Below, piece after piece: positions 10,388 through 19,432 of a DNA stretch of 64,000 bases. Source of the DNA: Coprobacillus sp. CAG:826 (GTDB taxonomy: Bacteria > Bacillota_I > Bacilli_A > RFN20 > CAG-826); assembly GCA_000437235.1 (NCBI GenBank), contig FR897046.1, positions 155,664-219,663 on the forward strand, read 5' to 3'. How positions within the stretch are numbered: the stretch's first letter is position 1; each line of letters opens with the position of its first letter. The notes below the pieces were generated by a model that saw nothing but the letters and a program-made list of their open reading frames with translations, searched no databases and was not told the origin of the DNA. The position numbers and the translations under genes are program-made.

Positions 10388-11539
10388 ATGAAGAAAATGA
10401 AATCTATTCGTAAAATCCTCGCTTCTATGCGAAATGCTGATCAAAAATTCAATCTTATCATCCCTAACGACCGTATTGCGGTAGGTATTTCGGGCGGAAA
10501 AGATTCGCTTACCCTATTTTATGCTTTAACTTTATACAAAAGATTTTCAAAAAAGAATTTTGAAATTGTCCCTATTCTTTTAGATTTAGGTTTTTCTAAT
10601 ATCGATTTTACCCCTTTAAAAAATTGGTTTGAGTCATTAGGTTATACTTTATGTATTGAAGATAACCATAATGTTGCAAAAATCTTAGAATATCATAAGA
10701 AAGATAAATTGCCTTGCTCCATTTGTTCTAGAATGAAAAAAGCTGCGATTAATTTAAGCGCTCATCAACATGGCTGTAATAAAGTAGCTTTTGCGCATCA
10801 CGCGGATGACGCTATCGAAACTTTATGGATGAACGAAGTTTTTGGTGCCAGAATTGCCACTTTTTCACCCAAAATGCATTTAGAAAAGACCGATTTAGTC
10901 TTTATTCGTCCTCTCATTTTAGCGCGTGAAAGCGTTATTCGTACATGTGCAGAAGAAATGCACTTTCCTATTACTTCTTTAGGTTGTCCAAATGATAAAC
11001 ATACCTCAAGAGAAGACGCTAAAGAATGGTTATCTCTACTTTATAAAAAGTATCCTTCCGCTAAAGAAAACTTTTTAACGATGCTTTATAACTACGAAAA
11101 AGAAGATTTATGGAAAAATCATCTATTCTATGCTTTAGATGGTACCAATTTAAGTATTCGTCCAGTGATTGCGATTGATACCTTTTATAAAATGCTCCAA
11201 CTAGTTCAGTCATATAAAAACACTATGGATTTACAAGCTCCCTACCAAGACTATACTTCTTTCTTACTATATGAAGATCAAACCGCTATCGGATATATTA
11301 TGTATCAAAAAAGCGAAGAACGACATTTCCTATTAAAAGATATCGCGGTACCTTTTCATACGAAACAAAAAGAATACGAAATCCTTTTATTAAAATGGTT
11401 AGAAAATAAATTATTTTTAGAAGCGAATCCTTGTGAATTAGAAGTGGACGTAAACATTTCTTCTATTTCCCTATTTGAAAGCTATTCTTTAAAAGAAAAT
11501 GGAATTCGCTATTTATCTTTAACCATTGAAAAAAAGTAA
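10388..11539 (+). CDS. PP-loop ATPase of the TtcA/tRNA-thiolation family with an extra C-terminal domain of about 135 aa
   Basis: SGGKDS PP-loop, CSICSR and LGCPND cysteines, AHHADD. Residues from about 250 to 383 lie outside the usual family length. Confidence 0.7.
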   Translation: MKKMKSIRKILASMRNADQKFNLIIPNDRIAVGISGGKDSLTLFYALTLYKRFSKKNFEIVPILLDLGFSNIDFTPLKNWFESLGYTLCIEDNHNVAKILEYHKKDKLPCSICSRMKKAAINLSAHQHGCNKVAFAHHADDAIETLWMNEVFGARIATFSPKMHLEKTDLVFIRPLILARESVIRTCAEEMHFPITSLGCPNDKHTSREDAKEWLSLLYKKYPSAKENFLTMLYNYEKEDLWKNHLFYALDGTNLSIRPVIAIDTFYKMLQLVQSYKNTMDLQAPYQDYTSFLLYEDQTAIGYIMYQKSEERHFLLKDIAVPFHTKQKEYEILLLKWLENKLFLEANPCELEVDVNISSISLFESYSLKENGIRYLSLTIEKK

Positions 11540-11550
11540 ACTTATTCGTG

Positions 11551-11588
11551 AAAAAAAGACGATAACCTTAGCGGTTATCGCTTTTTTA
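11551..11588. terminator. Bidirectional terminator between convergent genes
   Basis: 8-bp stem CGATAACC/GGTTATCG flanked by an A-run and a T-run. Confidence 0.65.
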
Positions 11589-11596
11589 TTCATTTT

Positions 11597-12223
11597 TTAC
11601 ATTTCAACTTCTATCAAATCTTCTATTGTAAAGCTAAGTATTCTAGAAAATCTTAAAAGATGATGGGCGGGAGCGTCGTTAATATTTACTTTTCTTTGCT
11701 CATATAGTTGAATCATTTTTAAAGGAACACCACTACGAGACGCGAGTTCTTTTTGTGATAATTTTGCGTATTTACGATATTCTTCTAAATACGTTTCCTT
11801 TTGTAAAACAATCGAATTTGCAACTTCCACAAATTTTTCTAAACTCGCTTCATGTAATGGATGATAAAGAGCAAGAATTTTTGATGGAGGTAATTTATCT
11901 TGAATTTTTTTAAAGCTCAATCCAGTATACCATTGATAATAAGCTAAGACAAAACCACACCAATATTGTGGACTTCTTCCTAATTCAACCATAGGCGCTT
12001 GTGGAGCTTTTTGGTCAGTAATCATACTATATAAAACATGAGGTGGCATATTAAGAAAATAAACATTTCCTCTACCAAATTCATAGGCATATTCCTTTTT
12101 AATAAAAAGAAAAAATAATTCATCTAATGATTCTACATCTGAAACATAATTAAAAAGTTCTGCCACATTGGTCATTGCGTCATTTAAATAAAGTTCGCTA
12201 TATGCATGAATCATCATTTTCAC
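11597..12223 (-). CDS. XRE-family HTH protein with an N-terminal domain of about 140 aa and unknown function
   Basis: C-terminal LSQKELASRSGVPLKMIQLYEQRK is a typical Cro/C1 HTH. The N-terminal part carries no motif I can name. Confidence 0.6.
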   Translation of the reverse strand: MKMMIHAYSELYLNDAMTNVAELFNYVSDVESLDELFFLFIKKEYAYEFGRGNVYFLNMPPHVLYSMITDQKAPQAPMVELGRSPQYWCGFVLAYYQWYTGLSFKKIQDKLPPSKILALYHPLHEASLEKFVEVANSIVLQKETYLEEYRKYAKLSQKELASRSGVPLKMIQLYEQRKVNINDAPAHHLLRFSRILSFTIEDLIEVEM

Positions 12224-12295
12224 CTCTTAACTTACTGATCTATCGAATGGATTTCTATATTTATATTTTATATGAATTTCCTACACTATTACAAA

Positions 12296-12322
12296 TAAAA
12301 AGGATGAGTTTTTCGCTCACCC
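12296..12322 (-). terminator. Terminator after rbfA (end of the nusA-infB operon)
   Basis: 7-bp stem GGGTGAG/CTCATCC followed by TTTTT on the minus strand. Confidence 0.6.
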
Positions 12323-12329
12323 TAATAAA

Positions 12330-12695
12330 CTATTCACGATTTTTTCTTAATTTTTCTAAAGCTTCTTCTTCTCTTTTTAAGCTTTCTTCAATCTTTTGAC
12401 CTTTTTCAAAGGAATCATCAATGAAGAAATGAAGTTCAGGAACTTTACGAATATCCATTTTTTGCGCTAAAGAGGAACGAATGAAACCTTTGGTTCTTTC
12501 TAAAGCGGCTAATCTTTCTTCTTTATTACCAACGCCTAAAAAGGAAACGTAAACTTTCGCGTGAGAAAAATCATTAGAAACATCAACATCCGTTACAGTA
12601 ACAAAGCCAATGGATTTGCTTTTTACTTCATATTGGATGATTTCTGATATGTTTTTCAAAATCAAAGCAGGAACGCGTTCTTTACGATTTGCCAT
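12330..12695 (-). CDS. rbfA: Ribosome-binding factor A
   Basis: 121 aa. VTVTDVDVSNDFSHAKVYVS is the typical RbfA core. It sits in the conserved position after infB. Confidence 0.9.
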   Translation of the reverse strand: MANRKERVPALILKNISEIIQYEVKSKSIGFVTVTDVDVSNDFSHAKVYVSFLGVGNKEERLAALERTKGFIRSSLAQKMDIRKVPELHFFIDDSFEKGQKIEESLKREEEALEKLRKNRE

Positions 12696-12705
12696 TTTAC
12701 TTCAC

Positions 12706-14556
12706 CTACTTTTTGACTTCTACCATTTCATAACATTCAATGATATCATTTTCTTTTTCATCATTGAAGTTTTCAATGGTTAAGCCACATTCATAGCCCA
12801 TAGCGACTTCTTTCGCATCGTTTTGGTAACGTTTTAAGCTTGCTAATTTACCTTCATACACAACGATACCATCACGGATTAAGCGGATAGGTGCGTCGCG
12901 CTTGATGCTACCGGAAGTGACCATACAGCCAGCAATTGTGCCAACTTTAGATACTTTGAATAATTGACGAACTTCGGCTTGTCCAACGACTTTTTCTACT
13001 AATTCAGGTTTTAATAAACCTTTCATAGCAGCTTCCATTTCTTCAATTAAAGCATAAATGATACGATGTAAACGAATTTCAACGCCTTCTTCTTCCGCTT
13101 TACTTCTAACTAAAGCATCCGGACGGACGTTAAAACCATAAATAATTGCGTTACTTGCGGACGCTAATAAGACGTCACTTTCAGTAATAGCACCCGCGGT
13201 AGAACGAATAACATTAATCTTCACTTCATCACTATTTAACTTTTCTAAGCTAGCTTTAATCGCTTCAGCTGATCCTTGTAAATCAGCCTTAATAATGACA
13301 TTAATATTTTGAATTTCACCTTCGTGAATTCGGTTATATAAATCATCTAAAGACATAGCAGAACTGCCATGCATTTCTTGAGAAACACGTAAAAGTTTTC
13401 TTTTTTCTGCAATATCACGAGCTTGTTTCTCGGTAGGAAATGCCATAAAGCGATCACCTGCAACAGGGACTTCACTTAAACCAATAATACTGACTGGTGT
13501 CGATGGTCCTGCGGTTTTTAAAATCTTCTTAAATTCATTAGTCATACGTCTAACACGGCCATAACAAGCACCGACAACGACGTAATCGGAACTATTTAAT
13601 GTTCCGTTTTGCACTAAAAGTGTAGCTTTTGGTCCTTCACCTTTATCTAGTTTTGCCTCTAAAACGGTACCCAATGCGTAACGATTTGGGTTGGCTTTAA
13701 GCTCTTGCATTTCAGCGACAACTAAAACGTTCTCTAATAAATTATCTACGCCAATATTCTTCTTAGCGGAGATTTCACAAAAGATCGTATCGCCACCATA
13801 TTCTTCAGGAATTAAATCAAATTGCATTAATTCTTGTTTAACTCTTTCGGGATCAGCGCCTGGTTTATCAATTTTGTTAATGGCCACAATAATAGGTACA
13901 TTAGCGGCTTTGGCGTGATCAATGGCTTCTTTCGTTTGTGGCATAACGCCATCATCAGCAGCAACGATTAAGATAACAATATCGGTGACACTTGCGCCTC
14001 TAGAACGCATGGCGGTAAAGGCTTCGTGCCCTGGAGTGTCGATAAAGGTAATCTTTTTACCATGGATTTCTTTTTGATAAGCACCGATGGCTTGTGTAAT
14101 TGCACCAGCTTCGGACGCAACGATGTTAGATTTACGAATTTGGTCAATTAAAGTTGTTTTACCATGGTCAACGTGACCCATAATGGTAACGACTGGTGGT
14201 CTTTCAACTAAACTAGAAGGATCATCAACGATTTCTAGTTCTTCAAAATTTTCTTCGGATACGACTTTTTCTTTTTTGAAATCAAAGCCGAATTCTAAGC
14301 AAATTTGACCAATTAATTCATCATCTAAGGTTGTATTAATGGTAACCATTTTTCCTGCCATAAAAAGTGTTTTAATGATATCGGCTACGCTGATATTGAG
14401 TTCTTGCGATAATTCACTCACAGTGAGTGCTTTCGTAAAAACGAAAATGCCTCCATTCACTTTGTTAACTTCTTTTTGGCGATGGCTTGGAACATTGCTC
14501 ACGCGGTGTGCGCCATTATTCCGATTTTGGCCTTTCTTTGGTGTTTTACCTGCCAT
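12706..14556 (-). CDS. infB: Translation initiation factor IF-2 (short N-terminal form)
   Basis: [18 protein letters not shown] and NKIDK GTPase motifs, in the conserved operon context. Confidence 0.95.
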   Translation of the reverse strand: MAGKTPKKGQNRNNGAHRVSNVPSHRQKEVNKVNGGIFVFTKALTVSELSQELNISVADIIKTLFMAGKMVTINTTLDDELIGQICLEFGFDFKKEKVVSEENFEELEIVDDPSSLVERPPVVTIMGHVDHGKTTLIDQIRKSNIVASEAGAITQAIGAYQKEIHGKKITFIDTPGHEAFTAMRSRGASVTDIVILIVAADDGVMPQTKEAIDHAKAANVPIIVAINKIDKPGADPERVKQELMQFDLIPEEYGGDTIFCEISAKKNIGVDNLLENVLVVAEMQELKANPNRYALGTVLEAKLDKGEGPKATLLVQNGTLNSSDYVVVGACYGRVRRMTNEFKKILKTAGPSTPVSIIGLSEVPVAGDRFMAFPTEKQARDIAEKRKLLRVSQEMHGSSAMSLDDLYNRIHEGEIQNINVIIKADLQGSAEAIKASLEKLNSDEVKINVIRSTAGAITESDVLLASASNAIIYGFNVRPDALVRSKAEEEGVEIRLHRIIYALIEEMEAAMKGLLKPELVEKVVGQAEVRQLFKVSKVGTIAGCMVTSGSIKRDAPIRLIRDGIVVYEGKLASLKRYQNDAKEVAMGYECGLTIENFNDEKENDIIECYEMVEVKK

Positions 14557-14560
14557 AACA

Positions 14561-14860
14561 TCACTCCCCTTTTTGATTGATTGTTTTTAAAATTTGTTGC
14601 GCTAACGAACGATTTTTGATTAATAAAATCGCCACTTGATTTTTTCCAGTTGCGTGCGCTAATTCTTCTTTTGAAAAATCAGTGATAACCGGAACTTTTT
14701 TCTTTTCACAGCCATGTAATACTTTATCTTTCGTGCTTTCGCTAGCGTCTTTCGCTAAAAATATAACTTGGTTAGGCTTTGCAAGTAGTAAAGCGTCTTC
14801 ACCAAAAGCGATAAAGCGTCCTCTACTTGCAAGTCCTACATAATTTAATACTTTATTCAT
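14561..14860 (-). CDS. ylxQ: L7Ae-family RNA-binding protein YlxQ
   Basis: About 100 aa, lying between ylxR and infB as in Bacillus. The ATG at 14860 is preferred. Confidence 0.75.
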   Translation of the reverse strand: MNKVLNYVGLASRGRFIAFGEDALLLAKPNQVIFLAKDASESTKDKVLHGCEKKKVPVITDFSKEELAHATGKNQVAILLIKNRSLAQQILKTINQKGE

Positions 14861-15110
14861 GAATGAGTTTCTCCAATTCTTCATAGATAGAATCAGGAAT
14901 TTCGTGTTCTAAAGCTTTTCCTAAAGCGTTTTTCTTTTTCGCTAAGGCTAAAGCTTCTTTACTTCTTTTTAAATATGCGCCACGCCCATTCATTTTAGAA
15001 GTAAGGTCTACCACTATGTTACCCTCTGGTGTACGAACAATACGGATTAAATCTTTTTTTTCGCACATTTCTAATGTGGCTACACATCTTCGCATGGGTA
15101 TTTTTTTCAT
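14853..15110 (-). CDS. ylxR: YlxR/RnpM (DUF448) RNA-binding protein
   Basis: 85 aa. PMRRCVA...GRGAYL is the family signature. It lies immediately downstream of nusA. Confidence 0.8.
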   Translation of the reverse strand: MKKIPMRRCVATLEMCEKKDLIRIVRTPEGNIVVDLTSKMNGRGAYLKRSKEALALAKKKNALGKALEHEIPDSIYEELEKLIHE

Positions 15111-15134
15111 GGTATCACCTTCCTTTCTTAAAGA

Positions 15135-16787
15135 TTAACGATCATCGTCATCGTAATAAGAATCGAATTCATCGTAATCGATATCATCCTCTTCTTCGAT
15201 ATCTTCTTCTTCGTTATCTAATTCTTCTAATTCTTCATCGGTATAGATTGGCATATAAGTGGAACGATCCACAGTTGGTGTAGTGGTATCTTTTTCTTCC
15301 TCTTCATTTGCGGCATCATCCGAACGATAAGTTTTCTTTTTACGAGCAGCGTATTGTGCTTGTCTTTCTTTACGTTTCTTCTCGTCTTCAAGTTCTTTTT
15401 CTAAGTCAGCAAGTTTCACTTTGGTATGGACCACTGTGGTTTCTTCTTTTGGTTCTTCTTTCTTAGGTTCAACTTTGGTAGCTGGCTCTTCTTTTACTTC
15501 TTCTTGAACTGTTTCTGGTTCTTCTTTTGGAGCTTTAACTTCTTCTACGACTGGTTCAGTGACGGTTTCTTCAACCTCTTCTACTTCATCCATTTCTGGA
15601 AGAGGTTCTTCAAGTTCATCATTGTGGCCTAAGAGTTTTTCTTCTTCTAAGCGTAATTTGGCCATTGCTTCTTGACGTTTCATTTCTTCCACGGTTAAGT
15701 AAGGAATACCTAAACGCATCGCTTCATCTTGTTCTTTAATATCAATGTTCCAACCAGTAAGTTTAACGGCCAAACGAGCGTTAACACCTTTTTTACCAAT
15801 GGCTAAAGAAAGTTCATTGTTACGAACAACCGCAACAGCTTTCTTTTCATCTTCGTAAAGAAGGACACCTACAACGTTAGCAGGTTTTAAAGCTTCAACG
15901 ATATATAATCCTGGATTATCGGTATAAGCAATTACATCGATTTTTTCTTTTTCTTTAGTATTTCCTAATGCGGAACAAATCTTTTGAACACGTGTTCCAT
16001 TTGGACCAATGCAAGCACCGATAGGATCAACGTTTTGATCTAAGCCAATGACCGCAACTTTACTTCTTTCGCCAGCTTCACGAGCAATATCTTTAATGAC
16101 TACGATGCCTTCAATAATTTCATGGATTTCTTCTTCAAATAAACGTTTTAAGAAACCTGGATCAGTTCTAGAAACGATAATTTGTGCACCTTTAGTATTA
16201 TTTTGAACATCGACGACATATAAACGAATTTTATCGCCAATACGGAAAGTTTCTCCGGGAATCATTTGGCTCTTTGGAAGATAAATGCTGGTTTCTTCTA
16301 CGTTAACAATCGCGGAACGATCATCCACTTTTTCAATTTTTCCAGTGACCATTTCGCCTTTCTTCTCTTGGAATTTTTCATAAATTGCTTGTTTTTCTGC
16401 TTCTGAGATTTTTTGACGTAAAACTGATTTAATACCTTGGGCGGTTAATTTGCTTAATTCATCGGTAGAGACAGGAATTTCATAAATGTCACCAACGTGA
16501 TATTCTTTTCCATCTTTAGAAGCATCTTCTAAAGAAATTTCTAAGAAATCATCCTTTACTTCGTCAACGACATTCTTTAAAACATACATTTCAATCGTGC
16601 CTTTTTTCGAATCGATATCGACACGGACTTGAGCTTCTGCTAAGCCTTCCACAGGAGTAATACCTAATTGTTTAATTAATCCTTTTTCCATAGCTTCTTT
16701 TAAAGCAGAAATAATCGATTCTTTAGAGATGTGTTTTTGGGTTTCTAATTCATCAAGTGCTTTTAAAAATTCTTTTGCGTTAATCAT
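15135..16787 (-). CDS. nusA: Transcription termination/antitermination factor NusA with a charged C-terminal extension of about 195 aa
   Basis: NTD, S1 (GEMVTGKIEKVDD) and KH1/KH2 (GPNGTRVQ, IGKKGVNARLA). After about aa 355 the sequence is E/K-rich and ends in an acidic D/E/Y tail. Confidence 0.95.
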   Translation of the reverse strand: MINAKEFLKALDELETQKHISKESIISALKEAMEKGLIKQLGITPVEGLAEAQVRVDIDSKKGTIEMYVLKNVVDEVKDDFLEISLEDASKDGKEYHVGDIYEIPVSTDELSKLTAQGIKSVLRQKISEAEKQAIYEKFQEKKGEMVTGKIEKVDDRSAIVNVEETSIYLPKSQMIPGETFRIGDKIRLYVVDVQNNTKGAQIIVSRTDPGFLKRLFEEEIHEIIEGIVVIKDIAREAGERSKVAVIGLDQNVDPIGACIGPNGTRVQKICSALGNTKEKEKIDVIAYTDNPGLYIVEALKPANVVGVLLYEDEKKAVAVVRNNELSLAIGKKGVNARLAVKLTGWNIDIKEQDEAMRLGIPYLTVEEMKRQEAMAKLRLEEEKLLGHNDELEEPLPEMDEVEEVEETVTEPVVEEVKAPKEEPETVQEEVKEEPATKVEPKKEEPKEETTVVHTKVKLADLEKELEDEKKRKERQAQYAARKKKTYRSDDAANEEEEKDTTTPTVDRSTYMPIYTDEELEELDNEEEDIEEEDDIDYDEFDSYYDDDDR

Positions 16788-16804
16788 AATTTGTTCCTCA
16801 TTTT

Positions 16805-17266
16805 TTAAAACTTTATAGCAAGTCTAGCTTTATCGATGTCTTTACGGGGAATCGATAGTGTTTTGGTTCTTGTCTTTATTCGATAAGAAAGCATAATCGT
16901 ATCGTTATTTACTTCTTCCAATGTTCCCTCTAGAATGTTTTCTCCTTCAATGGGATGAGTTAGATGTAGATGAACATACTTATGGACAAACCGTTCCATT
17001 TGATGTAGTGGGATAGGTCGTTCAGCGCCCGGCGAAGATACATCTAATGTGTAACTATCATCGCTAAAATTCAACCGATCTAGTTCTTCCGATATGAATT
17101 CTGAAAGTTGAACCGTTGCTTCTAAATCCATAATGCCCTCTTTTTTATCAATGGCAAAATGCAACGTTTTTTCACCCTTTTGACTTTCAAATGTCACTTC
17201 ACATAATTCAAAGCCTTTTTCATCTAAAAGTGGGGTAAAATGTGCTACTAATTCATCGACTAACAT
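16805..17266 (-). CDS. rimP: Ribosome maturation factor RimP
   Basis: VSSPGAERPI motif. The ATG at 17266 has GGAGG upstream, so the TTG at 17284 is less likely. Confidence 0.9.
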   Translation of the reverse strand: MLVDELVAHFTPLLDEKGFELCEVTFESQKGEKTLHFAIDKKEGIMDLEATVQLSEFISEELDRLNFSDDSYTLDVSSPGAERPIPLHQMERFVHKYVHLHLTHPIEGENILEGTLEEVNNDTIMLSYRIKTRTKTLSIPRKDIDKARLAIKF

Positions 17267-17357
17267 CTTTTTTCCTCCATTCAATAGAAAGAGTGAGGAA
17301 TCTCCTCACTCATCAAGACATATCGACATTAAATCACTTGCGTCATTTAACATAAAT

Positions 17358-17387
17358 ATTATAGTCATAAACCGATTGAAATATCAA
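17358..17387 (-). promoter_or_regulatory. Sigma-A-type promoter candidate for the rimP-nusA-infB operon
   Basis: Minus-strand TTGATA, an 18-nt spacer, then TATAAT. A 9-bp hairpin at 17291-17311 lies in the leader. Confidence 0.45.
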
Positions 17388-17460
17388 TCATTTTTATAAG
17401 TTTTTTTCTTTTTTTTCTTAAAATCGCACATATGGCGATGGAAAAATGAAATTTTTCTTA

Positions 17461-17883
17461 TTAGGCAATATTTCCAATTCCTGATAAATGGAGAATGATA
17501 AATAAAACGCCTAATACTAAATTAGCAAGTCCCACCCATGCTAGATAACTAACAGAGGCTGGTTTATCTTCGTGTTTCAATAAACGATATTCATAGAATG
17601 TTTTTGGCACATTCGTATATTTCGGATTTTTTCGAAACATACGGGCGCCAAACTTCTTAAAGCTATAACTAAACATATCAAAGAAACCATCATTGCTAAT
17701 CCAAGAAAGTAAGAACACACTAATAAACACTACACTGGGGACGAAGAATGAATCGGATAGTAAGCGACTCCAATTTTTCGTAAGCGTAAGATTCAATTCT
17801 TTTATTTCAAAAAGAAGCACTCCTACCGAAAGTAAAACGGAGACGATAATACATATTCCGTATTTATTGATTTTACTCTTCAT
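17461..17883 (-). CDS. Small integral membrane protein (resembles DUF3899-type proteins)
   Basis: 140 aa with three hydrophobic helices and a central FFDMFSYSFKKF segment. The family name comes from memory only. Confidence 0.55.
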   Translation of the reverse strand: MKSKINKYGICIIVSVLLSVGVLLFEIKELNLTLTKNWSRLLSDSFFVPSVVFISVFLLSWISNDGFFDMFSYSFKKFGARMFRKNPKYTNVPKTFYEYRLLKHEDKPASVSYLAWVGLANLVLGVLFIILHLSGIGNIA

Positions 17884-17893
17884 TCTTTTTTCC

Positions 17894-19414
17894 TTACTCT
17901 GTTTCTTTTAATTCTTCTTGGAAACGAGCAAATTCTTCATCATTACAATAAATGAAGTGTCCTGGGCGAATTTCCCGCATCGATGGTCCTTGTGTAGAAT
18001 AATCGTGTGCGGTCATTGGATCATACGTAATTCTTTTACGATTCTTTTCGAAATCTGGATCTGGATGTGGGATAGCGGATAATAATGAACGCGTATATGG
18101 ATGAAGTGGATGGGCAAAGAGTTCATCCGAACTTGCAAGTTCCATAATTCTTCCATAATACATAACCGCAATACGATCGCAGAAATATTTAACAACGGAT
18201 AAATCATGAGCGACGAATAAGATGGTTAATCCTAATTCGTGACGGAGATTGTTTAATAAGTTAATAACTTGAGCTTGAATGGAAACGTCTAGTGCGGAGA
18301 TTGGTTCATCAGCAATAATGAATTCAGGATCCATAATTAAGGCTCGAGCAATACCAATTCTTTGACGTTGTCCACCACTAAATTCGTGAGGATAACGAGT
18401 AGCGTGTTCAGGAACAAGACCGACCATTTTTAAGACTTCGTTCACCTTACGGTCAATGAATTCTTTATCGTGAATTCCACGAATATGGTAACCTTCTGCA
18501 ATAATTTCACGAACCGTCATACGAGGATCCAAAGACGCAATTGGATCTTGGAAAATCATTTGCATCTTGGTCATAATACGCTCACTCTTCGCGAATTTTA
18601 AAGCCTTTTTGTATGTCTTTTTTAAAGCTTTAAAGGCTTTTAATGCTTCAGGTGTCATGGAAGAAGGTTGCCCATTCTTTTCAATAAAATCGGCAATCTC
18701 TTTCTCATAAGCTTCTTTCGTGGCTTTTACACATTGAGCAGCATAGACACGATCACAATATTTTTGGTCAAACTTAGCCTTTTTGATTTTTTCTCTTTGA
18801 ACTTCAATGATGCCGCTTAACTCTTTTTGGACAGCACTCATTAAGCCATCATATTTTTTCTTGATTTCTGAAACTTTTTCTTGATATTCTTTCGAAGCTT
18901 TGGCTTTAGCCGCATCATATTCTTCTTTAGAAGCATCTTTTAAGTCCGCTAAAGCATTATCCATATCCACTTTTGCGGCATGGATTTGTGCTTGCATTTC
19001 GCTATGTAAAGCTTTAATTTTATCATTCGCACGAATACGAGAGAATTTAATTTCTTTTTCATTCCAACGTGTTCCTGCTGAAACACGGACACCTTTAAAA
19101 TAAATATCACCAGAAGTGATGTTATAAAGTTTAATGATAGAACGACCGGTCGTGGTTTTACCACAGCCCGATTCACCAACTAAACCAAAAACTTCACCAC
19201 GATAAATATCAAAACTAATATCATGAACAGCTTTGTTGTATTTTAAATCACCTGAGCCAAATTTAAAGTATTGTTTTAAATGGCGAACCCGTAATAAAAC
19301 TTCACGAGGTCCTTCGGGTGTGTCAACCATTAAAGGTGGTATTTCAACACGGACATGATGAGGAGTAAGATTTTCTTGCTCTTCAAGAGTTTCAACTTTT
19401 TCTTTTTCTTCCAT
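17894..19414 (-). CDS. oppF: Oligopeptide ABC transporter ATP-binding protein OppF with a large internal insertion
   Basis: Walker A GESGCGKT, Q-loop MIFQDP, signature FSGGQRQR, Walker B IIADEP. About 160 extra residues lie between Walker A and the Q-loop. Confidence 0.85.
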   Translation of the reverse strand: MEEKEKVETLEEQENLTPHHVRVEIPPLMVDTPEGPREVLLRVRHLKQYFKFGSGDLKYNKAVHDISFDIYRGEVFGLVGESGCGKTTTGRSIIKLYNITSGDIYFKGVRVSAGTRWNEKEIKFSRIRANDKIKALHSEMQAQIHAAKVDMDNALADLKDASKEEYDAAKAKASKEYQEKVSEIKKKYDGLMSAVQKELSGIIEVQREKIKKAKFDQKYCDRVYAAQCVKATKEAYEKEIADFIEKNGQPSSMTPEALKAFKALKKTYKKALKFAKSERIMTKMQMIFQDPIASLDPRMTVREIIAEGYHIRGIHDKEFIDRKVNEVLKMVGLVPEHATRYPHEFSGGQRQRIGIARALIMDPEFIIADEPISALDVSIQAQVINLLNNLRHELGLTILFVAHDLSVVKYFCDRIAVMYYGRIMELASSDELFAHPLHPYTRSLLSAIPHPDPDFEKNRKRITYDPMTAHDYSTQGPSMREIRPGHFIYCNDEEFARFQEELKETE

Positions 19415-19432
19415 TTTGAATTACCTCCTTAT

